Source: the human T2T-CHM13v2.0 reference genome, Homo sapiens
Reading direction: 5' to 3' (one strand)
DNA: 64,000 nucleotides
Assembly (NCBI RefSeq): GCF_009914755.1
Contig: NC_060934.1
The notes beneath the pieces were generated by a model. The model did no database searches. It was not told the DNA's origin and saw only the letters and a program-made list of their open reading frames with translations. Positions 25,435 through 41,338 of the stretch are shown piece after piece (position 1 is the stretch's first letter; each line of letters starts with the position of its first letter). Made by a program: the position numbers and the translations under genes.

Positions 25435-25510
25435 AATAAATTGCTTGAATTGTCTGTCTATTCATTTAGCTATTTCTTTTCTTGTCTTTGCGATATTTTT
25501 TTTTGTAAGT
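25435..25510 (+). terminator. Polyadenylation signal with downstream U/GU-rich element
   Basis: AATAAA followed by TTGTCTGTCT...TTTCTTTTCTTGTCTTTG...T run. Confidence 0.55.
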
Positions 25511-26545
25511 AAAAAATTTTCAGACTAAATAACAGGGTGTAATTTTTTGCTTTGTTTCTCCTAAGTTTTGTCTTGTTTATGACATTAATAATTTTCTAAA
25601 ATCTCTGATTTCTTTTCTGTAGAATGCTTGAAAAATGACAGCTCAATATGCACATTACCCCATCCCTAACCACCTTCGTCACTACTTTGAATACTCTTCT
25701 CTCACCCGACACTGCAGTTAAATATGATTGGAATCCTTGTTTCTATAGTAAACCAGTCTACTTTATTTTATGGATGATTAATTTAAAAAATTAAACTCTG
25801 GGCTTCCTTCAGGTTTTCTAAGGTTTTTCCCACTGGCTTATAATGGAAAATTCAAAAAGGGCCTCTCAGGTAACAGAGACAAGTTTGTAGATTTAAAAAA
25901 AAATTCCTTTAGAAAAGACAAGGTTTCTGTGACCTCCTTTTTGTGAGACAATGAAAGTGACAAGACAAGATCTTAAATAATAAAGTTAAAGCCATCAGTA
26001 AAGGCAAAAGTCAAAGATGTGAAACATCTGTGAGAACACACGTAAAAGCTAGTGGGGATATCTCGAGGAACAGAGCTCAGTTTTGCATCAAAGTTCAGGC
26101 CAACTGAACACCAAGGCTTGATGGCAGCCAGAGTCTTGCTGTGTAGAGTCTGGTTGCTTTCTGAATGGACACGGATTCTTGCTTTGAAGATTACTTGTTA
26201 ACTCACCAAACACACCCAGCCCAGCTACCTGCATCATTCCTTTGTCAAGGTTCCCACCTACCTGGCCCAGCTGCAGGTGAAGGCCAGATTCTCAGGGTAT
26301 TTTACCCATCCCCACTTCTTCTCTTTTAAAAATCACTATTCTGAATTTACAGTTGGCCAATGACCTCTAACTGGATTAATAAAATGTCTAATTTAGTTTG
26401 GAACATTGAGCTTCTGTTTCACTTTGGCTTGTTCAGGTTTTTATTAAATCAGAATAAATTTTCATAGTCCCCATGGAAATGCCAGCCTTCTCCATTAAGT
26501 TGGCAAAACATTTCCATTTCCAAAGAAGTATTAAAACCTGTTTCC

Positions 26546-26945
<400 letters not shown>

Positions 26946-28601
26946 TTATCTTTTGGGTATGGTTTGTCTTTTGCTACTTGGTGTTTCTACCCAATCTATT
27001 TCATATCTGTTTCCCGCGTTTCTCTTGTATATTTCAGCCCAAACACCAAAGCTGTGATCCATTTTTAGTTTCCAAGGTCACATTGGCACAGAAATCTTTC
27101 TGCAGGCATCCCTTGAGGAAAACACCAAACTACAACTTTCTGCCCTTAAGCTAAAGGCTGTATAAGCCTCTAGCTTCTTGCCTTCTGTTCAGCTGGGGAT
27201 TTTTCTCTTCCTTTTTTATTCACTCTTTTTCCATTTCCTTCTCTTGGCACCAGGTACCCCAGATTCCTTTCTCTTGCTCTCTCCTGCTTTCTTTCATTTG
27301 ACCCTGAAAGCCAAAATGCTGATAAGCTCCCTTCCTTTGCCTCATTAAAAAATTGCCATAAAATTTATAGCTGACTTAGGCCAACCATCGCTGATCTTCT
27401 TGATTTAGTTACTGCCAAGAAGTGTTTTATGATCATCCACTGACTTATTTACAACAAACCCAATGAAGTCCTTGGTATTAGGAGCCTGTATAGATATTAC
27501 TTGTTTGGAAAATAGGGTGGGTACTTAGGTACTTGAATTTCTCTGTGTAGGCTGGGGTGGTTTGGGTTGTTTTGCTTATGCATTTCATATGGAAAGGCAT
27601 AATCCCAAGCCTTCATATGTAATAACATGGACTCATTGTGCTGCTGTGTGGCAAATGTATACAGCCCTGAGACAGCACAGGAAATTTTCCAATACTTCTC
27701 TAAGCATTAGTTTCAGGAGGCCATTTGTGAGGCTGGTAAGAGAAAACAAATTGTGTTGGTCATAATAAAATTGTCCGTTGGTGGAAACTGTTTGAATACC
27801 TCAACGTAATGAGGTTAATTGATTATACAAAAGTGATTTAGAGGCTGATGTAATAACCACCTGTTTTGAGTCTGCTATTTGAAAGACGGGTCAGGGCAGG
27901 AATAAATTAAATGTTTGCAACATTTGAATTGTGTTGATTGTTCAGTTGTGTATTTAGAATATGTGAAAGGGATCTGTTCCCCCTGTAATCCCTGATGCTG
28001 TTGTTGGTCACAACATAAATTTAAGGTGTTCAATAGTACCAAAGCTCTTTAACGGGTGAGGCTTTGTCCTGAGTAAAACAGTGTAATTACCTGGAACAGA
28101 TCCATAAAGAAGAGTTGTAATGCATGTTTCCAAAGAGAAATCCTGACTGTATTTTTTGGAAAGTGAACCCTAAAACAATGGTGCCAGGAATTACTCGAAC
28201 ACTTCATTGTCATAGAAGAAATCTGATGTCTGAGGAACAGTTGTAATAATCTGCCTTCTCTGTTTGCTTCCCCCAACCTGGCTAAGGATTGACTTAGGGT
28301 CTGGGGTGGTGGCAATAAAGATTAAGTGTCTGCAACTGCACTACTGATTACTATATGTTCCTTTGCTGAGGCCACTGCTATTTTCTAAAGAGTTGCTAGT
28401 GGAGAAGAGCCTGGTGATGAAGGTAGAAAAATAAAGACTCACTTCTTTAAGTTTAAAGTGTACTTCACCCAATAAATACAGAAGCCAGAAAAAGGAGTGA
28501 TCATAGCAGGCAAATCTGACACAGCACTGTTAGAGAAGTGCCACTTGGTAAGTCAGGAACTGTGGTTGCATAAACTATGTATAAACCGAGGCCCCACATG
28601 A

Positions 28602-28908
<307 letters not shown>

Positions 28909-29499
28909 CCCAAACTGCCTTTGCTTCCTTTCTTGTTTCTCAGACTCCAAAGCTGCTCCAGAGACTCTCACATGCCAAATCCTAAAACACTTTCTCACAG
29001 AACATGTGGCCCATGTGGGCTTTTGTTCTTCACCCAACTTCTTCAGTTTGCAGGTCTACTCTACCTGGCTGTTTTTGTTTGGTTTTGCTTTGTTTTTTCT
29101 GTCCTTTTGTTTGTTTTCTTTAACGTGGTCTGCCTATTCTTACAAAAAGCTTAGGAATTAGTTTGGCAAAATTCTCTTAGAGGGCAAGGCAGGGACAAAT
29201 GAAGAATCTGAGTAGATAAAGACAAAGTCCTCTTATTAGGGGGAGTTGGGTCAGGAGTCTCAAATTACTGCCATGTTAAGATGTTTTGTCCCTTAATACT
29301 GTCACAATTAATAGTAAAAGTCAACATTTATTAGTAGTTAATATGTTGCATTCATTTTTCTAAGTGTTTTTACATAAATTATGTCATAACTAATTTTATC
29401 TCGCAAATTTGTAATATCACCATATGAATAAGGAAAGTGTAGTTTACAGAAGTTGAGTGATTTGCCCAAGGTTACAGGGCTGGATAATGGCAGAAGTAG

Positions 29500-29919
<420 letters not shown>

Positions 29920-31242
29920 TGATCATTGAAACACACTAATACTGTTCAGATATAAGAAATATAATTGTCTCTATCCTTTCATAATACTTTCTTTTTACAT
30001 AATTTTTCAGCTAAATGTACCATTTTTGACCCATATCTGTAATGACATACGGATTACCAAATGTTAGACACTTGTCTACAAATTAGTACTGAAATTTTCC
30101 AACTATAAATGCTTGTGATTTGGAGGGGAAATTCAATTTTTAAATTTCTCTCTCTTTTTTTTTTATTATTTACTGTTTTGCACACAAAAGATCAGAGGAA
30201 ATTCTATGGTTCACAGTTATAATTTTGAGACTGTTTCTTCATCTCCACTCTGTCTCATCTGTGAAGCTGGAGGGAGGAAGGATTTAGGAGAGAGATTAGG
30301 AGCTCGTCAGAGCATGACAGTCATGAGTGGTACCCAGAGTGTGGGAATGACCTCTAAACACAGTTGCCAGCTCTACTGTCAAAAATATCACCTCAAAAAA
30401 TTATCTTTGCATAAATTTCTACTTTTTGAACAAATTTCCCTTTTGGTATAAATGTTTCCTGCTATCTTTGTATCCTGATTGAAAGTGAAATGCTATGCCT
30501 CTGAGGAGATTCATCATTACCCTTTGGAAGATAGGCCCTAAATCACACTTCCCACTTTTCTCTTTTTGGCATATGCCTTCAACCTGGAGTGTATGTCTTG
30601 AGTCACTTTCGTTTTCAGCATCTGGAAGCTGTGTTAAGTCACCATCTTCAAGTCTCCTGACTCATAAATCACGTGTCAACTCCCTTGGCTGCTGGTCAGT
30701 TCAATTTCTGTTAAAATTTGAGCTTGAGTTAGTTATTTGAAGGACATGGAAACAGAGCAAAAAAAAGAGGCAGAATGCAGGGCTGTGACCTAACATCTGG
30801 AGACCTTGGCCTTCTGGGTTAAAACAAACACTGGAGCTACAAAAGAATCATTCTGTCACCTGACCCCAATTCCTTGACCTTGTTACAGAAAAGGTTTATG
30901 TAATTATTGCAAGACATCTACATATCCCTACATAGATGGAAAACAATAATACATCTTATACATACATATACTATTCATTTTTCACATGTAAGTAGGTGTT
31001 GTAATCAATATGACACAAATGGTTTTAATAACATTAAATTTATTTGACAGTATGTATTTTCTTATTCAATATGTAAATATAGGCAAGAGATTTTACTACT
31101 ATCATGAGACATTTATGAATTCTTAGAAAGGAATTCTCACTTTTTAAAAACAATTGGGAATTGCTAATGTAAATAATGATGGTTCCTTGTGGTCAGCAAA
31201 ATGGAAAGAAACATGGAAGGGGTCGGAAATATGAAGGCACTT

Positions 31243-31267
31243 ACACACACACACACACACGCACACA
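31243..31267 (+). repeat. (CA)n microsatellite
   Basis: Read directly from the sequence. Confidence 0.9.
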
Positions 31268-31619
31268 AAAGCTATCAATTTCTGTCAGAAAATTGGCTGA
31301 CGCATCCTTGCTTTACCTTGGAGCTATGGGAGGTAGCTCTTGATTTAGCTGCTTAATTTAGCATGGGTGTTAAAGAACCCTGTGTCAGCAAACTCACAGG
31401 AAGAACTTGTCATTTCTATTGGTATTCTGTCTAAGCTTCAAAATGGCATGACACTCAGGTGCCCTAGTGTATCATAGTCTTTGATATTTTCCTGAGGAGA
31501 AATCATAGATGATTATGAGTCAATGTGTAAAGAGATAAATAAAGGGCTATCTTCAATTGTGCAACTTCTGCTTCTAGTTAATAATTAAAATGGAGTATCC
31601 AAAAAGCCCAGTGGGTAAG

Positions 31620-32353
<734 letters not shown>

Positions 32354-33637
32354 AAGTTGTTCTTTTGTCCCTCAGCCTTCAGTGGAATTTACCAACATCT
32401 TTGCATTGTTTCTTTCCACATTCCGCCCTCTCACAGCAGAACTGCCCCAGCCTTACTTTCTTATGGACCCTCCCAGTGTGTAGCAGGACATTTTCTGGAC
32501 ATTTTCTCTTGCAAACCAGCTGACTTTTAGGCACAAGGCAGTCTCAGCTGCCGAGCATGTCCAAGAAAAGGTGGGGATCAGAAGAGACCCTGTGATTCTC
32601 CTGGGGAACTTGGCTCCCAGGCAGCACTGAAAAGTCATCTCAGACCAGAGTGTTCTAAAATGCAAACAAGCTTTCTTTTCAACTGGCAATAAACAGTGCT
32701 TGATGCACTGCAGTATACAGGGGTTGCCAATTTTTTGATAGAGCAGCCCAGTAGCCCAGCTGAGGATTCTGAGAAGAGGGAGGATTGTAATAGTGTTGTT
32801 TTGTGGAGATGGGGTCTTTTGATGATGACCCTGTGATTTCGCTTCAATTCCCTTTTTTCTGTGCTTTTTGTCATTCTTGTTTTCCCGGCTGTGTTCCTTT
32901 CCATTATCACTCTTTTCTTTGTCTGAAATTGGACCCATAGAAATTAGCCTGTAATCAGGGGACATGAGAATCCCTAAATTGCTCTCATTTTGATTTTCTA
33001 CTTTGTTAATATTTCAGTATATGAAACACCAATGAGACATTTGAGATCACTGGCCCTTCAACTTAGTCATGCTACTATCTAACCTGCTGCATGGAAAATT
33101 TGAGTATGCATCATAGCATCTAAAATCGACATTTCTAAATCTGTTTGTGGTACATTATGTAGAAAATTACTTCAGTCTCACTAGTACTTGAGAAACCTTC
33201 ATCGTACATCATTCCAACATCCCAGAAAAAGAAGCACGTGGGAAGATTTGTATATAAGGGAAATAGGGGAACAGCAATACAGTATTGCAACCCATTGATA
33301 AAGATGAAACTGACTTCCTTAGCTTAATTGGACTTGACTCATCCTTGATTTTTGTGTTTCTTTGTGCTGCTTAATATATAACCAAATATATATAACTGAA
33401 TGAGGTAGCTGTTCCTCAGTGAACTTTGCATAAGAGTTAAAAAAAAAGCCTGAAATTAAAGTCTTTATAACAAAATGAAATCCCCCCCGAAGTATAGGCA
33501 GAAACTTTCAGTAAGTTTTTTAAAATAACACTTCAAGTATATTGAGCACATCCTATGTGCCAAGCATTTTATTATACATGTGTTACCTCATTTGGTCTCA
33601 GTACCTGAGACAGGAACAATGAGTCCCCTCAGTTTTC

Positions 33638-33852
33638 CTTTTTTTTTTTTCCTTTCTTTCTTCTTCTTCTTTTTCGTTTTATTTTATTTATTTTTAGTGA
33701 TGGAAGCTTGCTTTGTTGCCCAGGCTGGAGTGCAGTGGCTATTCACAGGCATGATCATAGCATACTGCAGCCTCGAACTTCTGGCTTCAAGCTCCTCCCA
33801 CTTCAGCCTCCTGAATAGTTGGGACGATAGTCACATGCCGTCTCACCCAGCT
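33638..33852 (-). mobile_element. FAM (fossil Alu monomer) inserted in a MIR
   Basis: Retains the 7SL-type segment GAGTGCAGTGGCTATTCACAGGCATGATCATAG, which dimeric Alus lack. Confidence 0.85.
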
Positions 33853-34239
33853 TTACTCATTTTATAAGTGAAAAAACTGAGGGCCACAGAGACCAAACAA
33901 CCTATTCAGAGCCAAGAGCAAGGTCTGTCTCAATCCAGAGACCAAGCTTCTAAAAGTTACAGAGATATGGGGAAGAGGGAAGGAAAAAATTCCACATTCT
34001 CTTATTATTTTATGGATTTTTAAAGAACCCCTAAAGTGAAGAGTTGGTGAGAGAGAGAACAAGGCAAGGCCACTTCCTATTTGCTGGTTTCAGGCCATTC
34101 AGGGGCAATGGGCCAGGAGAAAATAAATAAACAAAGACTGGGTCTTGGGGCTTGGATGCCCTAAGGTGAGCACCTTTGCAGCAATTTGTGGTTAGCAGTG
34201 GCATCCTTACTGATGGCTTGACAATACCTGGAGCCAAAG

Positions 34240-34760
34240 ACATCCTGGACTCTCTCCAGCTCCCTCATACCCTATACTCCAACCATGATGGATTTTCAGT
34301 ACCTGGGGCTTAGTCTTCTTTCTTTCACTTATAGGCCTTTAGACATTCTTTCCTTCTACTCAGCATATTTACTCATCTCCTTTTCCCCTTCCCCAGGATA
34401 AATCTTGCTCAGCCTTCAAATCCAAGTTTAAAAGATTTTTTTCTCCTTGAAGCTCTTATGCTACCCTTGAACTAATTCGACTTTTTTTTTGGTACATTCA
34501 TCTATGGTATTGTTTTGCTTTTACCCTATGTACTAAGTTCTAAGATCCTACAGAACCCATTGCATACTCTGGTGGAGAACTTACAGCATTATTTATATTG
34601 CATGTTTAATGTCTGGTTTCCTCCCTGGGTTGGAAGTTCTTTGAGGCAAGAACTGTGTTTTTTGTTTGCCATTTAATTTCCTGTGCCTAATTTAATATCT
34701 GGGACATAGTATGCACTTAATAATTATTAAATAAGCCAATAAATAAATGAATGAAATAGC
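34240..34760 (+). mobile_element. L2 fragments
   Basis: AAGTTCTTTGAGGCAAGAACTGTG...ACATAGTATGCACTTAATAA...AAATGAATGAA terminus. Confidence 0.55.
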
Positions 34761-35214
34761 TCAAATTAAAGTCACTGTCGCTGAATATTAGAATGGAATA
34801 ATAACCAGTTATCAAAGTAAATGTGACCTGGTGAAACTAAAAATGACAACAGTGACATTATGCTTGGCTTTAAGGATAAAACTGTGACATACTGCTTGGA
34901 AAAGGAAGATAACTATTTTGGATAACCTATAATTTAGAGAGAGTATAATGTAGCGTATATGAATTTTCATAAGTTAAAATAAGAAATACACTATATCATG
35001 ACCCAGTACACACATATACACATACCTAAAACATGTTTTTATATTATATAAAGTAAATTTTCATATTTATCTTTACTGTATGAAGCCTACTGATAATTTC
35101 TTTTCTAATCTATTTTATACTTTTTCTTCTATTTCATTAAATAATTCTGATAATGAACAACTAATTTGATCTTATGACTTTCTAATGGGCCTAAAGATCG
35201 CCCTATCATGAAGA

Positions 35215-35931
<717 letters not shown>

Positions 35932-36054
35932 CAAAACCTATGATTTTTATAGGAAATAGGGGGGGATATTCAAAGAAACTTTCATGGAAATGGCTGGACT
36001 AGAGGTAGCCTTTGAAAGATAAGTGACTGGTATAGACCCATATAGCCAAATACT

Positions 36055-36300
36055 ATTATAGGTGGTTGAAAGAAGGCCGGGTTTAGGATCAGCTACACCT
36101 GGGTTCTATCCTTGGCTCCACCGCTTACCAGCTTAGAAATTGTGTGCAATTTTATTTAGCCTTCTTGAGGCTCAGTTTGCTCAGCTGTATGCTGTTGATA
36201 ATACCAACACTACAGAGTTCCGTGAAGAATAATAAGCTATACAGAATACATTTTTTCATTTTTTTGTTGTCTGACAAACGAGTGCTCAAAAAATAGAAGC
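36055..36300 (+). mobile_element. MIR
   Basis: CCTGGGTTCTATCCTTGGCTCCACCGCTTACCAGCT...GGCTCAGTTTGCTCAGCTGTA. Confidence 0.65.
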
Positions 36301-37983
36301 TATTTTTATTAGATAGAATTTACTTATAAGAATGTGAGTCAGAACTTAATCTCTTAAACAGGGCTTAATTAAATTTGTAATTTGTAGGTTTTAATAGATG
36401 CAATTTGCAGTCATATTGAGAGCATGGGTAGAAATATACTGTACAAATGGATCTGGTAAGTTTTATTATTAATCGTCTTGAGCAGCTCCAAATAGAATGA
36501 TCATGAGTGGCACTGAGCTTGCAGCTACTGATTGCATTTCTAGTAGTCGAGTTTGTCCAACATAATCTCTTCCAAGTTACTAGAAAATTGTTTGGCTTTC
36601 CTGCGTTAATGAAAAGTACATTTGCCTCACCTAGGAGCCATCAGAACTGTCCGTCTGCCCTTTACAGATATAATAGAATATCAAACGACACTGGGGCCAG
36701 CTTGGCAGCATTGTTCATTTCTATCTCAGCTTAATTACTAACCCTGCTGCCTTCACATCAAGCCTTGGGGCTAGAAATGAATTGAATACTGGAAATATAA
36801 AATTGGCTCCTGTTTATACTCCCTCTCATTTCTACCACTGTGGATTTGAAGACAGAGAAAGCCAAATTTCTTGTTCCTTATGGTACCACTGAAGGTGTGT
36901 TTGATGACTTAACTAGGCATGTTGCTTCAACCGCAGTTCAGCTCTAGTTACTCTGAAATCATTCAGTTTAATATTTCCCCTGGGAACTCCATGGTATGTT
37001 AGGTGGTTACTAAAACCCTGGACTTCAGAGGTGAAGCACAGCTGTGATTTTAACGGGTTCACTCACAGGTGGGGAGTGGCAATGGCAGAGCTTGTGAAGT
37101 TGAGATGCCCTTTTAAGGTCGTTAGCTGCTCAACTAACCTTGGGCAGACTCTGTCTCTCAAATGAATTACAGAGATGCAGAGAAAATAAATGTTTTAGTC
37201 TCTTGGGAAATTAAAATATTCCTCAGACAGAAATACCAGAAGAATGGAAACTGTCAGAAAGGCAATTTTACACAGATATATTTCCTTAAGTAGGGATATG
37301 CTTCCACATATCAAGGAAAGATTTGAGAAGTTTTAGTTTTTGTTGTGTTCAGTTATCCAGTGAAAAATGTTTTAGTAAAACGTATCCTTTCAAATCATTT
37401 ATTCACTAATCAGTAGCAGCAAAAAAGCACTAAGTAAGAGTCAGGAGAACTGAATTTGGGTCCTCACTCTATTGCAATGGTTTTCATTTACCTGTTTTGG
37501 TCTTTTCCCCTCACTGGAAAAATTCAGACATATCTCCATAGAATATATAGTCCAGTGCTAAGAATATACTCCAGTTCTAAGATTATCTAATTGAGATTCT
37601 GAAAGTTTAATGCGATTAAGTTGAGACTTTTTGACTGGAATTAAATTCCATTAACATTTCTTTCTAACAGGAGAAACATTTTGCACTGTGCTGGGGGATT
37701 CTACCCACATAAGTCAGCATGTTACTTGCTAGATAAAAGAGCAATGAATGGAGTACTTCAGTAAGTATCTCTTCAAATATTATATTTATTAATGAGTAGC
37801 AATAATAATGAAAGCTAGAGTTTTCAAGGTTCTCCCACTTTATCTCACTTTATCCTTACAAAAACCCTAAAAGGTAGTCATCATTCTAATGTAATAGAAG
37901 GAAAAAACTAAGCGTTAAAAAGAATTAGCCTTTTCCCCATGTTTACCTAATTCATAAATGGCAGAGATGGATCATGCTTTTTT

Positions 37984-38078
37984 TGAAAGAAAAATATAAG
38001 TAGAGAATTAATTTGGGCCAAGATTGAGGACTGCAGCCTGGGAGACATAGATTCAGGTTGCCCTGAATACATACGCCC
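37984..38078. mobile_element. Short ERV1-type LTR fragment
   Basis: ATTTGGGCCAAGATTGAGGACTGCAGCCTGGGAGACATAGATTCAGGTTGCCCTGAATA resembles MER4-group LTR ends. Confidence 0.5.
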
Positions 38079-38462
38079 TATGCTTTTTACTTTTACCCAT
38101 CTGTGAACTGTTTATGTCAACAGTCATGATGATATTAGAAAGTGTTTTGTACTTTGCTACATACCCAAATGCTCATGGCCATATACGTTTTGGATTAGCT
38201 AAAGCAGACCCTATTAATCTGTGAGACACAGACCCCTACGGAAGTGGTTGAAAGCTTATTTCTAAAGGCATTTGAATCCTTATGGACACTAAGCATTATC
38301 TGTTCACAAAATAAGTAACATCTCAAACATTCTATTCTAAACAGTTCTATTTTTCAAATATTTCAATACAATTGTGGCTATTAAAACAAATAATTATATA
38401 ACAACATTACTGAATTAGTATTATCTTTCTGTCAGTACTGTATGTATTTTCTCAATAGACTA

Positions 38463-38877
<415 letters not shown>

Positions 38878-39747
38878 TTAAAATGTATTGAATTATGCAC
38901 CTAAGACCTGATATGTTACTATGCTGCTAGAAATTTTACCTCAATTAAAAAAAAAAGGCCTTAGGTACTTGGAATGTTGACAGCCCAAATATACAGCAAC
39001 TTCTCCAGTCCTAGTTAGACTTTCCCTTCTAGACAGTATTTGGGACAATAGTGAGGTGCTCTTCTCCCATTGCCCTCTGTGAGCTAAACTACTGAAAATT
39101 ACCAGTGGGTAAAATTGGCTACCTGTTAGTGCAAACTAAGAAATTTCCTATGCATGTGTCTGGAAAGCATTAAAACAGCTATACTGTCACCAAAGGTGGT
39201 CAGGACATAGATCATGAAAGCAGAAAGAGAATGTGATTGCAACTTGGGAAATGGAATTTAATTGAATATTTGGAGAAAAAAGAGAGTCAATACAATTGAT
39301 TAAGTTCTGTGAGCAGAAGAGGGATAGTCAATCTGAAGCATAAAAAGGCAGTCTGAGAATTATGTAATAGTGTCCAGAGAAAGAATGTGCCAAATCTAGT
39401 AGATTCTAATAAAGGTGTTCTTGTAGGCAGCATTGTGGATCATAAGTCTTCATCTTGGTCCAGATAAAATAGGTCCAATTTAGCCAACCTTCTTTCATTC
39501 TGAATCGTGAGGCTATCTTTTGTTTGCCGATTTGGCTTCTCAAGCCAAATGGTTTTGGAAAGTAGATGTCCTAGGGAGAAGATGTTAATGCTGTAGATAC
39601 CTGCAAATATCTATTAAAGTAGTTATTCTGTATTACACATCAGTCTCTTTTAAATCCGGTTACTGTAAGTCATTTCCTCTGGGTCTGATCATTTCTAAAC
39701 ACCTCAATTTTAAGTTTATGGGTCTGCAAGACTGTGACGACTCCTTG

Positions 39748-40335
39748 TATTAGCCAAAAAAAATCGGTTTTCACACGACAGAAATACAACTTAAACTTGC
39801 TTAAGCAGAAGCAGAAACTTATTAGCTCACTTAACTTAAAAGTTCAAGGTGGTATTATCTTTAGGCAAGCAGGATCCAGGAGTTTGAATAATTCCATTGC
39901 AGATGCTGTGTTCTCTATTGCTAGTCTCTGCTTTATCCTCCATTAGCCCCGTTTTTTTCAGGTTTTCCTTTGTCATGACAAAATGTTTGTCAATAGATCT
40001 AAATTAGTCTTAGACATTCCAATGAGAAAAGAGAAAAATCTCTATTTTCAACAGTTTCATCAAAATCCTGGACCAATATCTAATTGCCTTGACTTGGGTC
40101 AAGTGGCTAAGCCCGAACTAATCACCGGGATCAGGGAAATAGAATGTGATGATTGGGCAGAGACTTGGATCCTAGGACTACACTGCAGCTGGAGAGTGGG
40201 ATGGCCCCTCCTAGCCCATAAGGATGAAGAATGGGGGTGGGGTAGTTCCCGACTAGATAGCAGCAGTACTGATATCAGATCAAGGAAGAATGGAGACTAG
40301 GCAGAAAGCTGAAACAAAAAGCTATCGCTGACACC
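39748..40335 (-). mobile_element. MLT1K/L-like LTR
   Basis: TGTATTAG...ACAGAAATACAACTTAAACTTGCTTAAGC...TTATTAGCTCAC...GGATCCAGG...GACTTGGGTCA.GTG. Confidence 0.65.
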
Positions 40336-41114
40336 ACCCAAAGTCACAGTGGTCCCTGAGGCTTCCCTGGGCTGTCAGCCAATGACCTCTGACTTATTTT
40401 TACCTTTTCCCTTTATTCTTTCCTTTTCTGCCAGCCAACACAGTGGACTAAGCAAGTATCAGTGATCAGGGTTTGTAAATATCTTTATAAAAACCAACTT
40501 ATTCTAAATTTAATTTAGAGAAGTAAATCAGATATATAATGTAAAGCTTGTACCATAAGGGAAGAACCCCAATAGTCATTTTAAAATAATTGTGCATCTG
40601 CTGACAACAGAAAGATATTCTGAAACTAAAATAATACTTTTGGAGACATAGTCTTCTATTTTGGATTTTCTAGCTACCTCCTCTAATTCACTGGAAGTAA
40701 CCGTAGTTGGGTGTTTGGGTTTTTTTTTCTTTTTTCTTTTTTTTGGTCACAATAAACAAACAAGGAAGCAAACAAATAAATAAAGACTGCTTTGTGACAG
40801 TGAATCATTCATCCCATTCTTCCCTTCTGCAACTATATACCAAGCAGCCACTGTGTTCCCAGAAGTGGTCCTAAAAAAGATGGTATTAAAATTCTATGTG
40901 ACTGTGAGCCAGAGATAACTAGAGATGGAACTGATTTTGGAGATCATTTTATCAATGTCCAACATGATATATTCATGGTTAGATAGAAATGGAGCAAGCT
41001 GGAATAACTCAACCCATATTTATTAAGCACCTGCTATATAAGCTATTAAGTAAGGGCGCAGAAATATGCTATGATTATGGAAATACAAGTTGTTTGACAC
41101 ATAATGTGGGCACC

Positions 41115-41336
41115 TGTATTGATTTCCTATTGCTGTTGTAACAAATTACCACAGACATAGTGGCTTAAAATGCCACGAATTAATTTTCTTACAGTTCTGG
41201 AAGTCAGAAGACTAAAATGAGTCTCACTGGGTTAAAATCAAGGTGTCAGCAGGGATGGATTCCCTTCTGGAGCCTCTGAGGAATAATCCATTTTCTTGCC
41301 TTTTCCAGCTTCTAGAGGCTACCCACATTCCTTGAC
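41115..41336 (-). mobile_element. MLT1D-like LTR, resuming at ~42256-42300 after an L1
   Basis: TGTATTGATTTCCTATTGCTGTTGTAACAAATTACCAC...CTTACAGTTCTGGAAGTCAGAAG...TCAAGGTGTCAGCAGGG...CCAGCTTCTAGAGGC. Confidence 0.85.
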
Positions 41337-41338
41337 TT

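Larger units (their letters stand above)
23500..25460 (+). ncRNA. Predicted two-exon lncRNA: exon 1 ~23500-23776, intron 23777-25217, exon 2 25218-~25460. Layout resembles the androgen-regulated LINC00844 (from memory, unverified).
   Basis: Donor TAAA|GTAAGT; acceptor TTCTTCTTTTTTTTTGTTTTTGACAG|A; AATAAA at 25435-25440 followed by a U/GU-rich tract; ARE and TATA-like box upstream; no recognisable repeats in the exons, several in the intron; only short ORFs. Confidence 0.6.

Noticed and set aside
32453-32965. 170-aa minus-strand ORF
   Set aside because: No recognisable domain; the K/E-rich start simply mirrors a T-rich + strand tract; no supporting gene structure.
34980-35190. Possible old hAT (MER119-like) fragment
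   Set aside because: Too degenerate to assign by eye.
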